From the NCBI GenBank assembly GCA_012295275.1, contig CM022677.1:27342001-27406000 (forward strand): a stretch of DNA of 64,000 bases, in the 5' to 3' direction. The position numbers and the translations under genes were made by a program. Positions 62,452-64,000 of the stretch are shown here, in pieces. A model generated the notes under the pieces. The model ran no database searches and had not been told where the DNA came from. It saw only the letters and a list, made by a program, of their open reading frames with translations. This DNA comes from Chrysomallon squamiferum (taxonomy: Eukaryota; Animalia; Mollusca). Each line of letters begins with the position of its first letter. Positions within the stretch are counted from its first letter, which is position 1.

Positions 62452-63944
62452 GTTTCAAAGACAATGTAGGTGACTTTCAAGAACTATCATGTATTAGTGG
62501 GGGAAAACACAATTTATTGCCCCTATTTTAACTCTTCTTTTTGAAGTAATCATTTTTCCGCGCTGACGTCTGCTCCGGAGGCACTGTCGAGGTTAAAAGT
62601 CATCGTGTCAAAATGAAATAAATAAAATAAAATAAAATAAAATAAATAAAAAACAGTGTTTATATTTCTCACTGTTGCATTTTCTTTTCTTATGAATCTT
62701 AACAAATATTTTAAGTAAATAAAAATATTTAAAAGATTTATCAAGATCAAATAGATAAAAAAAATATATAAAAAAATTAAATTAAATAATTCGTGTACTG
62801 TCGATCTATGTTTTGGGCCTCAACGTTTTGACGTACATTTTTCATTTTGACGTTTATTCTGTCGTCTGTTATTTTTTTTTTTTTTTTTCTCTCGCTGTAG
62901 CGGGGTCAAAGGTCAAGATTCCTTGTTTTTAAGTTCATTGCAGTACATTAATAGCGACAGAAAAAAAAAAAAAAAAAAAAAAACTTCCGAAGTTGTCTCT
63001 TTCAGCGCGTGACAAGTTTAAAAGGAGGGACCAGACGACAGTTTTTAATGTAATAAATATTTGGTTAACACCCATTATTAAAGATGTTCCGTTTTTCGGT
63101 GGCAAAGCTGAAAATTATCTCCTTCCTCTTCTTGTTTTTCTTTCACTTGTCACTTTTCCTTAATCATCCTCGTTTTTTTTTTTAATCTTTTATTTTTATT
63201 TCTTCTTCTTCTTCTTCTTCTACTTTTTGGATTTATTTTGTTCATTGTTACTTTTGTTAAGTTTATTTATTTATGGAAGTTTATAATAAAATAGAGACTG
63301 AAAGTCATGATAAAATTCATATCATCTTTATTTATTTATTTATTTATTTATTTATGTTTGTTGGTTCATGTATACGTTTATTTATTTGTTTATTTATTTA
63401 TTTATATTTTTTGTTTTTTATTTATTTGTTTATTTATTTATTTATTTTTGTTTGTTTGTTTATGTATTTGTTTTTTCATTTATTTGTTTATTTATTTATT
63501 TATCTGTTTGTATTATTAATATTTTAACGATTCTAATAAATAATATAGTATACTATAGTATAGTACAAACTAGAATATCATAGTATAGTATAATATATTA
63601 TAATAAAGAACGAAAATATGAAACTTTTTTAATTCGCTGAAATATACTTACCTTTATTTTTTTACCACTCATTAATTAAGAAAAATAATAAATAAAATAA
63701 AATATTTAAAATTTCCAACACATTTTTAAAAAATTAAAAAATGTGAGGAATCTATAGTAGACCTTTATGGTTCTCAATAAATAAATAAACAAACAAATAA
63801 ACAAACAAACAAACAAATAAATAAATAGTTAGTAAAAGTACTAGAAGTAATTGTAGTGGTGCTAACAGTAGTAGTAGTAGTAGAAATAGTAGTAGTAGTA
63901 GTTGTAGTAATTGTTGTAGTGCTGACAGTAGTAGTAGTAGTAGC

Positions 63945-63984
<40 letters not shown>

Positions 63985-64000
63985 ACTAGTAGTAATTGTA

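Overview
Eukaryotic, AT-rich, microsatellite-saturated animal DNA. Gene content and repeat landscape suggest a mollusc, probably a coleoid cephalopod (inference). Almost all ORFs in the supplied track are translations of simple repeats. Following splice sites and reading phase by hand, I reconstructed four intron-containing genes. (1) Minus strand, 13847-830: a 10-exon signal peptide-EGF-EGF-ZP protein with a GPI/TM-like tail, of the molluscan EGF-ZP shell-matrix type. It has a GC-AG intron and a 1-nt homopolymer frameshift. (2) Plus strand, 28579-39595: a 6-exon core-1 beta-1,3-galactosyltransferase (C1GALT1/T-synthase, GT31). (3) Plus strand, 55113-55709: an acidic secreted prohormone-like precursor I do not recognise. 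Its TATA promoter lies about 1.5 kb downstream of a 45-bp minisatellite carrying about 40 PAR-bZIP (D-box) sites. (4) Minus strand, 62451-58122: an AA15 lytic polysaccharide monooxygenase with a long Gln/His-rich repeat tail and a 6-Cys C-terminal module hidden by a second homopolymer frameshift. The window also holds an internally deleted Tigger/pogo transposon, a ~700-bp intronic inverted repeat and a 1.4-kb local duplication. Tandem repeats repeatedly sit exactly on splice junctions and copy them. No rRNA, tRNA or CRISPR array was found.
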